A DNA stretch of 64,000 bases from Candidatus Hydrogenedentota bacterium. GTDB lineage: Bacteria > Hydrogenedentota > Hydrogenedentia > Hydrogenedentales > SLHB01. A program made the translations under genes and the position numbers. The DNA is taken from positions 96,001 through 160,000 of the forward strand of contig BTVY01000006.1 in the NCBI GenBank assembly GCA_045863335.1, written 5' to 3'. Under the pieces are notes generated by a model. The model did not search any database. It was not told the DNA's origin and worked only from the letters and a program-made list of their open reading frames with translations. Position 1 is the stretch's first letter. Every line of letters starts with the position of its first letter. Of this stretch, positions 19,994 through 29,265 are shown piece after piece.

Positions 19994-20812
19994 CTACCCG
20001 CCCATGGCCTCCATGAGCATGTGTGTGAAGATCCCGGAGCCGGGCAGGTTCTGTCCACCGTCGGAGACAATCAGAGCGCCGGTGATATAGCTCGCCAACG
20101 GCGACGCCAGAAACACGGCCAATTGGCCGATGTCGTCCACGGTGCCGAACCGCTTCAGGGGCACCACTTCCCGAAACTTCTCGCGCATCCCGTCCGGCAG
20201 AAGCCGCTGGAATCCTTCCGTGCCTTCGATGGGTCCGGGCGCGATGCTGTTGCAGCGGATCCCGTAGGGGCCCCATTCCAGGGCAAGGTTCTGCATGAAA
20301 TTGTCGATACCTGCCTTGGCGGCGCCCACGTGACACTGGGCGAAATAGGGCAAGAACGCTTGACCCGCCGAGATGAAGATCACGCTGCCTTTCGTCTTCT
20401 TGAGCTGGTCGACGGCAAACCGGCAGGAATTGAACGTCCCCAGCAGATCGATGTCGATGACGGCCTTGAAGCCGTTCGGGCTCATGGCCTCGACGGGACA
20501 CGGAAAATTCCCCGCCGCGCCGCAGATGAGCACGTCCATGGGGCCAAGTTCTTCTTCGGAGCGCTGGTAGGCGGCCTGAAGCGCGTCCGCATTCCGCACG
20601 TCCGCCGCAACGGCACAGACCGTCGCGCCCAGCGCACGCAGTTCTTCCGCCGCGCCATCGAGCCGTTCCTGAGTGCGGCCGCAGATGCCGAGGTTCGCGC
20701 CGAGGGCGGCGAAATTCTTCCCGATGCCAAGATTAATGCCGCTGCCGCCGCCCGTGATGAAGACAGTCTTGCCCTTGAACAAGTCCTTCGCGAACACGCT
20801 GGAAATCTGCAT
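19994..20812 (-). CDS. SDR oxidoreductase, 2,4-dienoyl-CoA-reductase-like
   Basis: TGGGSGI, AAGNF, NGFKAVIDIDLLGTFN, HVGAAKAG, IAPGPIEGTEG. Confidence 0.88.
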   Translation of the reverse strand: MQISSVFAKDLFKGKTVFITGGGSGINLGIGKNFAALGANLGICGRTQERLDGAAEELRALGATVCAVAADVRNADALQAAYQRSEEELGPMDVLICGAAGNFPCPVEAMSPNGFKAVIDIDLLGTFNSCRFAVDQLKKTKGSVIFISAGQAFLPYFAQCHVGAAKAGIDNFMQNLALEWGPYGIRCNSIAPGPIEGTEGFQRLLPDGMREKFREVVPLKRFGTVDDIGQLAVFLASPLASYITGALIVSDGGQNLPGSGIFTHMLMEAMGG

Positions 20813-20934
20813 AATACCTCCGCACGACCGTTGTGCTTTGCCTGACCGGGTTGGAAGTCCACAGCATGCCCTGCGGACCCCCTGATTTCAAACAACCCGC
20901 GAGGGTTTGAATCGAATTCCAGTCAGGGGCACTT

Positions 20935-20960
20935 CGCAGGCCGGAAGCATGCACCACAAT
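20935..20960. repeat. REP-like palindrome, copy 2
   Basis: CGCAGGCCGGAAGCATGCACCACAAT, similar to 5411-5436. Confidence 0.55.
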
Positions 20961-21076
20961 TCTGGACACCACAATCTCGCAAGTTGCCTGACCATCCGCC
21001 GTGCCGTAGAATCATTGCGGGGGAAATCTTTCAACACACAAGACCCGCGATGGTCTTGACTACAGGAGTGCATGCC

Positions 21077-21493
21077 ATGACGCTATCGCGCAGAACCTTT
21101 GTTTCGACCCTTCTCTGTTCCGGCGCCGGTGTGGTCTACGCCGCCGAAAAAGGGAGTAGCGGAAACGCCGGGAGCGATTCCAATCCCGTCTTCGTCGTCG
21201 CGGAGATCGAAGTCAAGCCGGGCAAACGGGACGAGTTCATCGCCATCTTCAAGAAAAACGTGCCCAACGTCCTCGCCGAAGACGGCTGCATCTTCTACGA
21301 GCCCGTCATCGACACGGTGACGGATCTGGCTGCGCAAGCCCCGCGCCGCGACAATGTCATGACGGTGATGGAGAAATGGGCCAGCCTCGACGCGTTGCGC
21401 GCGCATCTCCAAGCACCGCACATGAAGACCTACGGCGAAGCGGTGAAGGATCTGGTCGCAGGGGTGACGATTCGGGTGATGGAAGCCGCGTAG
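21077..21493 (+). CDS. Antibiotic biosynthesis monooxygenase (YgiN-like) with Tat signal
   Basis: SRRTF leader; VKPGKRDEF, VLAEDGC..Y, EKWASLDAL.AHL.APHM. Confidence 0.85.
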   Translation: MTLSRRTFVSTLLCSGAGVVYAAEKGSSGNAGSDSNPVFVVAEIEVKPGKRDEFIAIFKKNVPNVLAEDGCIFYEPVIDTVTDLAAQAPRRDNVMTVMEKWASLDALRAHLQAPHMKTYGEAVKDLVAGVTIRVMEAA

Positions 21494-22027
21494 GAATTAA
21501 GATTTACGAATTATGAATTAAGAATTGGGACGCCAAAGCAAAGATACGCGGGATAACGTGAGGCACTCGACACAAAACCACATCCTCGCGTTCTGTGCAT
21601 GAGTGTCATTAACCGTCATGCTTGGGCTTGGTGTTTTTTCTTATGGTTCCGATGAGTCGACATAGTTCTTCAGCTTCCGAGTGGATCGACTCAAATTCGG
21701 TTTCGGATAGATAGTCGGTATCCTTCAAGAGCCGGAGCCAGTATGAGGTTTCTCTTGCCTCCCTGTAGGCGATTCCCATCTTCGCTCGAAAATCGGCGCG
21801 AGACTGTGCGCCGACGGCCTCCTCGACATTGGCGCCAATACTCGTACCGCTCCGCAAGACCTGCTTTGACAATACGTGCTCTTTCTTTGTGTCACGCAGG
21901 AACTGGCACATCCGCACGATCCGCACAGCGAATGCGTAGCTCTTGTGCTGGACCATGTTGTCCGTCTTCATACGCGGCCGATCCCATAAGTTGCGAATCT
22001 TAATTCATAATTCCTAATTCGTAATTC
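21494..22027. mobile_element. Four-helix-bundle cassette bounded by 30-bp inverted (GAATTAN)n arms
   Basis: 21494-21523 vs 21998-22027, 3 mismatches; encloses only the 120-aa gene. Mobility is inferred. Confidence 0.55.
21609..21971 (-). CDS. Four-helix bundle protein (23S rRNA intervening-sequence protein family)
   Basis: KSYAFAVRIV, LSKQVLRSGTSIGANVEEA..AQSRADF, EARETSYWLRLL. Confidence 0.93.
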   Translation of the reverse strand: MKTDNMVQHKSYAFAVRIVRMCQFLRDTKKEHVLSKQVLRSGTSIGANVEEAVGAQSRADFRAKMGIAYREARETSYWLRLLKDTDYLSETEFESIHSEAEELCRLIGTIRKNTKPKHDG

Positions 22028-23033
22028 AAAGTTCCCCATTGCCTCCGGCAGCGAAGACGATTACATCGCCGGACTTCAGCTTGGGGAAGTTGGTGCAATC
22101 GAAACGCTCTTTACCGCGGTAGACGCGGAGGACGGAGATGCCCGGCAGATCATGGGGGTGTTTGCCGACGTCGTCCGGCCGGACGCTGCGTTCGTCCATG
22201 CGGAGAGCGCCGCCGACGGAGAGCAGGTCTTTCATGACTTCGGCGAGATGGGGGCGGCGGGTGGCGGCGGCCATCAAGTTACCGCCCGCGGTGGCGGAGG
22301 ACACGATGGTGCGCGCGCCGCTGCGTTGAAGGAGTTTGACGTTTTCCGCTTCGTGGCACATGGCGATGATGTGGCAGTCGGGATTGAGATCCTGCGCGGT
22401 CAAGGCAATAAGCACCGAGGTGTCGTCGCGGCCCGCGCTGATGATGACATGCGCGGCGCGCTCGATGGCCACGGTCTTCAGAACCCCTTCCTTCGTGGCA
22501 TCGCCCCGTATGGCCGCGATGCCCATGGCTGTTGCGGCTTGCAGCGCGGTCTCGCGCGTTTCGATCACGATGATGTGATCCTTGGGCGTACCCTGCAGCA
22601 GCAGTTCGGCGGCCACGGCGGAGTTGGTGCCCCCGAACCCGCAGAGGATCGTATGGCGGTCAAGTTTGTCCACGATCTGTTTCAATCGAAATTCCTCCTG
22701 GAATCGCCGGAACACGAACTGGTAGGCGGTCCCGAACAAGGTAAAGATGACAATTAATCGAACGGGCGTCAGCAGCAGGGCATCGGTCACGCGGGTTGCC
22801 GTTTTCACGGGAGTAATGTCGCCATAGCCGACGGTCGTAATTGAAACGATGATGAAATAGAGGGTATCGAAGAAGCCGGGGGGCTTGTTGGTCCGATGAT
22901 CGAGTAGGCCGCCTTCCGCCCACATCGCGGTCGTGGCAATCAACAGCAGCGCGATGATGAACGCGGCCCGCCACGCAACATTGTGCCACGTCGGAAACGA
23001 GGGCGGATTGTATAGCGTTCCTTCTTTTGGCAT
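22026..23033 (-). CDS. Potassium channel with RCK (TrkA-N) domain
   Basis: TTVGYGD selectivity filter; HTILCGFG, GDAT. Confidence 0.9.
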   Translation of the reverse strand: MPKEGTLYNPPSFPTWHNVAWRAAFIIALLLIATTAMWAEGGLLDHRTNKPPGFFDTLYFIIVSITTVGYGDITPVKTATRVTDALLLTPVRLIVIFTLFGTAYQFVFRRFQEEFRLKQIVDKLDRHTILCGFGGTNSAVAAELLLQGTPKDHIIVIETRETALQAATAMGIAAIRGDATKEGVLKTVAIERAAHVIISAGRDDTSVLIALTAQDLNPDCHIIAMCHEAENVKLLQRSGARTIVSSATAGGNLMAAATRRPHLAEVMKDLLSVGGALRMDERSVRPDDVGKHPHDLPGISVLRVYRGKERFDCTNFPKLKSGDVIVFAAGGNGEL

Positions 23034-23036
23034 GAT

Positions 23037-25295
23037 CTATTCAGCAGTCGGCTCGGGCGTACCGAGCGCAAGCATGTTGGCGAACAACCGCAGCGCGCCG
23101 GGATGCAGTTCGCGAATCTGACGGTACAATCCCAACGCGCAGTACAGATAGTCGCCTTCCCCCACCGGTGCATACAGCAAACTGCCCGGCGGAATGTCTT
23201 CGCCGGGGTCAACGCACGCGACAAGCGGCGTGTAGGTTTCGGCCCACTGGTCTGGAAAGTACAAGCCGCGTTCCTGAATCCAGCCGCTCCAATCCGCTTC
23301 CACGATCGTATTGGGTGTCGTGAACAATGGATGCTCGGGCGCAAGCAGCGTGACCGGCGCGTCTTCCACAGTGACGCGATTGCGCGACACCTGGATGGGA
23401 TATGGCGCGTATTCCGGTTTCCACTCCTGCGTCTTCTGGTACATGACCAACAGGCTGCCGCCCCGATTCGCATAGTCAAGCAACGCCTGATTGTTCGCGA
23501 CGAGGTCGGGCCGCACGAGGTAGGCCCGGATGTCGACGATGATCGAGGTGAACGCGTCCAGGCGATTCGGCGAAAAATCTTCGATTGAAAGGGCCTTATG
23601 TGGGATGCCCAACCGTTCGAGCGTATTCATGAAAGTGACGTCGTAACTTTGAACCACGCCCACGTTGAGCCCGTCGGGAATCTGAACGTCCACGATCCGC
23701 GCAACGCCAAAATGGGGTTCACGCTCGCCTTCCACCATCACGTTGAGAATGTAGTCCCGCGGTTCGAGATTCTCGCCAACTACTGCGTTCAGAGGAATGA
23801 TCTTCTGATCCCCCTCCGCGGCAAAGGAAAACTCGGCCCGTTGTCGATCGACGATGAACCCCGGCGACATGGAGAACACGACCGATCCCGAATGCGGACC
23901 GGGCGTGTTGTTGGTGAGGAGCACGTTAAAGGTGCATTCCTTGTCCACGCCGCGGCGCACGAGGTAGGGCCCGCCGGCGAAAGCGATATCGACAGGTCGC
24001 GCAACTTCCAGCGCGACGGGAACGCGCAGTTCGAGGACATCGGTCCCCGCCGTTGCTTCGGCAATAACATCGAATTGGGGCTCCATGAAGTGGGGGTCGA
24101 ACAGGTGATCGGCCAACGGGACGTTGACGGTCGTGTCTTCAGGCATTGGCACCGTGAGCGTAGTACTCACCGTCTTCTGTCCGTCCATGCGCATCACCGA
24201 TTCGTTGGGCGCCGCACCGTCGAACCCGGGCCTCGGTTCGATGCGAAACCGCACACTTTGCGCTTCGGGCGTGCCAAAGTCGGTGAAACTGACCGCGATT
24301 GAAACCTTCTGTCCCGGAACCGCGCGCGTATCCGCGGGATGTGCTTCCAGTTGAAGCTCATCCTGAAGCACCGATACGCGGTTCCGCCGCTCCCGCTGGC
24401 TGTCCAGGGCATTGCGTTCGGCGAGCCCGGCGAAGAGGACACCGCGCGACACGTCCAACGCTTCGCCCCCAACGCCGGCATGGAGGTTCTCCTTTGTCAG
24501 AACATAATGCGCCTGGACCGTGCCGCTGAGATAACGGTCGATAAAGAACTGCATGCCTTGCGAGTCGTGCTCGTCCAGCGCGGCCGCGGCAATCTCCGCG
24601 TAGGTCTTGCCCCGCGCCGAGTCGAGTTCGTTGAAATCGATGGTCACGGAATCCGGCGTCGGTTCCCAGGAACGCAGATACAGACGCTGCGATTGCCAGG
24701 GCGCGAGACCTTCCTCCGCCAGTTCCGCGAACTGCGCCGGATCGGCGGCGGCATCAAAAGCCTCCTGCAGCGCGATGCCGATGGCTTGATGATGACCGTG
24801 ATCCTTGTTCCGGCCATGGTTCGAAATGATGACGTCGGGACGGGTTTCGCGAATGACCCGCACCAGTCTTCGCACCGTCTCGTCGTGTCCCCAGACGGCG
24901 AAGGTCTCCTCCGGGGACTTGGAAAATCCAAACTCCGGCAGGTTGAGGAAATGGAGTTCGGCGCCGGTGATCGCCGCGGCGCGCATCATCTCGCGCGTGC
25001 GAATGACCCCCAATTCGTTGTACAGTTCAGGTCCGATTTCATTCTGGCCGCCTTCGCCCCGTGTTGCGATGACCGCGACGGTATGATACCCATATTTCTT
25101 CCGGTACATGGCCAACGTGGCGCCGTCTTCATCATCGGGATGAGCGGCGACACACATGAGGCGAAGGTCGGTGCTGAGATCGAGCACGGCCTGGCGCAAA
25201 GGAATCTCGCCCAGTTCGGTTTGCTCGGCGCGCGCAGGACAAACCAAGGCGAACAGCAGAAACAATACGCAAGTGGAAAGGATGTAGTTTTTCAT
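23037..25295 (-). CDS. PIG-L/LmbE family deacetylase, secreted multidomain protein
   Basis: AAHPDDED, TRGEGGQN, HGHHQA; C-terminal GWIQERGLYF domain. Confidence 0.88.
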   Translation of the reverse strand: MKNYILSTCVLFLLFALVCPARAEQTELGEIPLRQAVLDLSTDLRLMCVAAHPDDEDGATLAMYRKKYGYHTVAVIATRGEGGQNEIGPELYNELGVIRTREMMRAAAITGAELHFLNLPEFGFSKSPEETFAVWGHDETVRRLVRVIRETRPDVIISNHGRNKDHGHHQAIGIALQEAFDAAADPAQFAELAEEGLAPWQSQRLYLRSWEPTPDSVTIDFNELDSARGKTYAEIAAAALDEHDSQGMQFFIDRYLSGTVQAHYVLTKENLHAGVGGEALDVSRGVLFAGLAERNALDSQRERRNRVSVLQDELQLEAHPADTRAVPGQKVSIAVSFTDFGTPEAQSVRFRIEPRPGFDGAAPNESVMRMDGQKTVSTTLTVPMPEDTTVNVPLADHLFDPHFMEPQFDVIAEATAGTDVLELRVPVALEVARPVDIAFAGGPYLVRRGVDKECTFNVLLTNNTPGPHSGSVVFSMSPGFIVDRQRAEFSFAAEGDQKIIPLNAVVGENLEPRDYILNVMVEGEREPHFGVARIVDVQIPDGLNVGVVQSYDVTFMNTLERLGIPHKALSIEDFSPNRLDAFTSIIVDIRAYLVRPDLVANNQALLDYANRGGSLLVMYQKTQEWKPEYAPYPIQVSRNRVTVEDAPVTLLAPEHPLFTTPNTIVEADWSGWIQERGLYFPDQWAETYTPLVACVDPGEDIPPGSLLYAPVGEGDYLYCALGLYRQIRELHPGALRLFANMLALGTPEPTAE

Positions 25296-25329
25296 GGCGC
25301 ACAGTATAGCACGCAAGACAGCTAACGCC

Positions 25330-25935
25330 ATGTCGCGCAACAGGTACGGCGCACTCGCGCTGCTGATGTTGATGATATCCGGCTGCGCGCTCTTCAACGA
25401 CAACCTGCGCGTCGTTGAACGCGGCGAGTTGTGGCGGTCCGCGCAGATGTCTCCCGAAAGGCTCGCCAATACCATCCAAAAACACGATATCAAAACGGTA
25501 ATCAGTCTGCGCGGCGTCAATGAAAGCGAATCGTGGTATCGCGACGAAGTGACTATCTGCGAGGAACTGGGTGTAACGCGCTACGATTTGCCCTGGACCA
25601 TGCGCCGCATTCCGGAACCACAGTCGCTGCAACAACTGATCACATGGTTCGAGACTGCCGAGAAGCCCATCCTCGTGCACTGCCAGGCGGGTATCCATCG
25701 TGCCGGCGTGGCCTCGGCTTCGTACAAACTGTATAAAGGCGCGGATGTCGAGACCGCGCGCGATCAGTTTGGACTCTATTTCGGCGACGCGCCCATCGGC
25801 AACGTGCTGGACTTGTACGAGGGCAGCGAGATACCCTTCGCCGCATGGGTGCGCACGGATTATCCCATTGTTTATGCAACCAGGATAGCGGAGACGGAGA
25901 TGAAATCCGGGGCCGGGGAGGACGCGTCGCCATGA
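25330..25935 (+). CDS. Protein-tyrosine/dual-specificity phosphatase, probable lipoprotein
   Basis: LWRSAQ, IKTVISLRG, HCQAGIHRAG (CX5R); ISGC lipobox. Confidence 0.85.
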   Translation: MSRNRYGALALLMLMISGCALFNDNLRVVERGELWRSAQMSPERLANTIQKHDIKTVISLRGVNESESWYRDEVTICEELGVTRYDLPWTMRRIPEPQSLQQLITWFETAEKPILVHCQAGIHRAGVASASYKLYKGADVETARDQFGLYFGDAPIGNVLDLYEGSEIPFAAWVRTDYPIVYATRIAETEMKSGAGEDASP

Positions 25936-26645
25936 GATTTGGTGCGATTGATGCCGTGCTCTTCGACATGGATGAAACGCTCATTTATCACACGCGTTCC
26001 TTCAAGGATATTGCGCGCGAATCGTACGAACGGTATGCGGCCGAGTTGAAGCCCGTGACGTTCGACGAGTATTGGACGACGCTCTGGGACAAGGCGACGG
26101 ACATGTGGTTCATGATGATCGATGGCGTTCTGGAGGGCGAAGACGCGCGCCGGTACACATTCATCAATACACTGCGCGCGCTCGACGCCGACCCCGAACT
26201 CGGCCCGCGCCTGATCGAACGCGCGGACACGTGCATGCTCGAGTCGACACATGTAATGGACGACGCCATTGCGGTCATGAGCCGGATGCGGGAGGCCGGA
26301 TTGCGCCTCGGTATTGTGACGAACGGGTACAGTTGCATTCAGCGGATGAAGATCGATCATCACAAGCTGCACAGTCATGTGGATTTTGCAATCGTTTCCG
26401 AAGAAGTAGGCGCGCACAAACCAGAACCGGCGATTTTCGACGCAGCCATCGCGCAGGCCGCTTGCAGCCCCGAGCGAATTCTGTTCGTTGGCGATACGCT
26501 GGAAAACGATTTCATCGGCGCTCGAAACGCCGGGCTCGAAGCCGTACTTATCGACCACGACGCCACCCGCGCGGACAGTCCCATTGAAGAAGAGCGGTAC
26601 ATCCGGAAGTTAACCGAACTGCTGCCCATGCTGGGGCTGGCTTAA
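25932..26645 (+). CDS. HAD-superfamily hydrolase
   Basis: FDMDETL, IVTNG, KPEPAIF, VGDTLEND. Confidence 0.9.
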   Translation: MRFGAIDAVLFDMDETLIYHTRSFKDIARESYERYAAELKPVTFDEYWTTLWDKATDMWFMMIDGVLEGEDARRYTFINTLRALDADPELGPRLIERADTCMLESTHVMDDAIAVMSRMREAGLRLGIVTNGYSCIQRMKIDHHKLHSHVDFAIVSEEVGAHKPEPAIFDAAIAQAACSPERILFVGDTLENDFIGARNAGLEAVLIDHDATRADSPIEEERYIRKLTELLPMLGLA

Positions 26646-28255
26646 TCCCTTTTCTTCGTTCCCGCAAGCGCAGCCGCGTTTCGCACAAGGTTGACGAATT
26701 CCGCCCGATAGCCGTATTCATCGACCCCGCGGCTGGCATTGGCCAACGCGATGACGTCATCGTACTTCACGTCGTTGATGAACTCCGATTCGCGTAACAA
26801 CATTCCGAATTCCGCAACGGACGCCGCAAACTGGAAGTCAGTCGTCATGCCCTCCAGCGTGTCCATCGAATCCCGAACGGGAAAGGACAGCAGCGTGCTT
26901 TCCTCAGACTTGGGCGCTTTGTAACGCACCTTCACGAGAAACAACTCGCCTTCAAATGCCGCTTCCGTGGGTGTCGTCGTCTGATATCGCAAGTCGTCCA
27001 CATTGGCGCCGGGCACCTCCTGCCCCGCAGGCACCAACTCATACAACGCCGTGACCGTGTGGCCTGCGCCAATTTCGCCGGCGTCCTTGGTATCGTCGTT
27101 GAACTCCTCATCGGCGAGCAGCCGGTTCTCGTATCCGATGAGACGATATCCCGCCACCCGCGCGGGATTGAATTCGACCTGGATTTTCACGTCCTTCGCG
27201 ATCGTGACCAGCGTGCCGGTCATCTGTTCAAGCAGGGCCTTACGCGCTTCGGTGAGCGAGTCGATATAGCCGTAGTTACCGTCGCCTTCGTCCGCAAGCT
27301 GTTCGAGCCGGTCGTCTTTCAGATTGCCCATGCCGAAACCAAGCACCGTAAGGAACACGTCCTTCTTCGCCTGTTCGCGAATGATGCGGACCAGTTCGTC
27401 CGAATCCGTGACGCCGACATTGAAGTCTCCGTCAGTACAGAGAATTACTCGATTGATGGCATTCTTTCGGTATTCATCGCTCACCATGCGGTAGGCCGTC
27501 ACCAGCCCTTCGCTGCCATGCGTCGATCCGCCCGCACCGAGGTTTTCGATCACCTGCAACGCCTTGGCTTTGTTGCCTTCCGTGCAACGAATGGAATCGA
27601 GTGCCACGCCTGCGCTGCCGGCGTAGGTCACGATGCCCAGCCGGTCCTCAGCCTGCAACTGGGGTACGAGCAACCGCAGCCCGCGCTTGACCAACGGCAG
27701 CTTGTTCTCCGGCTGCATCGATCCCGACACGTCGATGAGAAAGACGAGGTTTGCCGCGGGACGTTCGGCGGCCGCGATCTCCTCGCCTTTGATGCCGATG
27801 CGCGCGAGCCGGTGGTTCGCCTCCCACGGACAGGGTCCGACTTCGTTCGTCACGCTAAACGGCGCATCGCCTTCGGGCTGCGGGTAGTCGTAGGGGAAGT
27901 AGTTGATTAACTCCTCTACGCGTACCGCGTCCGCCGGAGGCAGCGTCCCGTCGTTCAGGAAGCGGCGCACATTGGCGTACGAGGCCGTGTCCACGTCGAT
28001 GGAAAAGGTGGACAAGGGCGTGTGCTGGGCCGTCTTGAAGGTATTCTCCTCAATTTCCTTGTACGCCTCCGTGTTGGGCTCCGGCGTGGCGTAAAGGGGC
28101 ATTCCCGCTACGGCGGGGGGTGCCATCGGCGGGGGCGGCGGCGGCGCATTGGGAGGGGCGTTTTCCGCACTGAGGTAGGACGCGCTCTTCGAGGCGCACC
28201 CGCCAAGACCTGCGAGAAGTATCAACATCGTTACGGTGAGACAAAGCGGTTTCAT
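26642..28255 (-). CDS. VWA-domain lipoprotein (YfbK-like)
   Basis: STFSIDVDTASY, DVSGSM MIDAS motif, TDGDFNVG, YRLIGYENR. Confidence 0.92.
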   Translation of the reverse strand: MKPLCLTVTMLILLAGLGGCASKSASYLSAENAPPNAPPPPPPMAPPAVAGMPLYATPEPNTEAYKEIEENTFKTAQHTPLSTFSIDVDTASYANVRRFLNDGTLPPADAVRVEELINYFPYDYPQPEGDAPFSVTNEVGPCPWEANHRLARIGIKGEEIAAAERPAANLVFLIDVSGSMQPENKLPLVKRGLRLLVPQLQAEDRLGIVTYAGSAGVALDSIRCTEGNKAKALQVIENLGAGGSTHGSEGLVTAYRMVSDEYRKNAINRVILCTDGDFNVGVTDSDELVRIIREQAKKDVFLTVLGFGMGNLKDDRLEQLADEGDGNYGYIDSLTEARKALLEQMTGTLVTIAKDVKIQVEFNPARVAGYRLIGYENRLLADEEFNDDTKDAGEIGAGHTVTALYELVPAGQEVPGANVDDLRYQTTTPTEAAFEGELFLVKVRYKAPKSEESTLLSFPVRDSMDTLEGMTTDFQFAASVAEFGMLLRESEFINDVKYDDVIALANASRGVDEYGYRAEFVNLVRNAAALAGTKKRD

Positions 28256-28406
28256 GACACAACCCCTTGCGTTAAACTGCGCTCACTTCATCGGATGCTA
28301 TCAGTAATCCTATCAGATGGCTGAAAGGTTCCAGCCACTCCCGTTTGATTGAGCGCCCGTTCATGGACCATGCTGTGCGACGCAGAGAGGAGAAACCCGG
28401 ATTCGG

Positions 28407-29186
28407 ATGAGTGCGTTGACCGTTTTAATATTGATCCCGAATGCAGGAGACCGGCTGGAACGCTGCCTGAAGAGCGTCCAGTGGGCGGATGACGTCTTCT
28501 GCGTGGTCGACCCGAACACGTGCGACGGTTCGGATGATGTCGCGCGCAAATATACGGCCCACGTGGTGACGCACGAATACGTGAACAAAGCGGATCAATG
28601 CAACTGGGCCATTCCGCAGATCGAGACCGAGTGGACCCTCGTCCTCGATGCCGACGAGTGGCTATCTCCGGAATTGACGGATCGCATCAAAGGCGTTATC
28701 GCCGACACTTCAAGTGCTGACGGCTATCGCATCAAGCGCATGTCGTATTTCTTCGGCAAATTGATCCGGCATTGCGGCTGGGATCGCGATTACAACGTGC
28801 GCCTGTTCCGCACGAAGAAAGGCCGGTACCGCGTGCAGCGCGTTCATGCCACCATCGATATTGACGGATCGATGGGCCAGATTGACGAGGTCATGTACCA
28901 CGACGACAAGCGCGACTTCGAGGAGTATTTCCGCACCTTCCAGCGTTTCACCACGTGGTCGGCCCAGGACCTCTATGACAAGGGCAAACGCGCGGGCCTG
29001 ATAGACCTGACGCTCCGGCCGGTAAGCCGATTTATCAAAATGTTTATCCTGCGCCGGGGCTTCCGGGACGGGTATCACGGCGCCGTTCTCTGCGGGTTGG
29101 CGGCCTTTTCCGTGTTCACCAAGTACGCCAAGCTGTGGAACATCGCGCGGCTCGCGGATGGCGGCAGCGAAAGGCCGCCCGAGTAA
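28407..29186 (+). CDS. GT2 glycosyltransferase (WaaE/KdtX-like)
   Basis: WTLVLDADE, RLFR, RVH, GFRDG..G, KYAKL. Confidence 0.88.
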   Translation: MSALTVLILIPNAGDRLERCLKSVQWADDVFCVVDPNTCDGSDDVARKYTAHVVTHEYVNKADQCNWAIPQIETEWTLVLDADEWLSPELTDRIKGVIADTSSADGYRIKRMSYFFGKLIRHCGWDRDYNVRLFRTKKGRYRVQRVHATIDIDGSMGQIDEVMYHDDKRDFEEYFRTFQRFTTWSAQDLYDKGKRAGLIDLTLRPVSRFIKMFILRRGFRDGYHGAVLCGLAAFSVFTKYAKLWNIARLADGGSERPPE

Positions 29187-29265
29187 GTTCCGCGCAGCTC
29201 CGAAGTCTGCTATTCTACGCCGAGACCCCGGTTCGGGGTTCGGCGCTTCCACGAAAGGACCATCG

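Noticed and set aside
21609-21971. Diversity-generating retroelement, suggested by the Avd-like fold
   Set aside because: No reverse transcriptase and no template/variable repeat pair were seen in the window.
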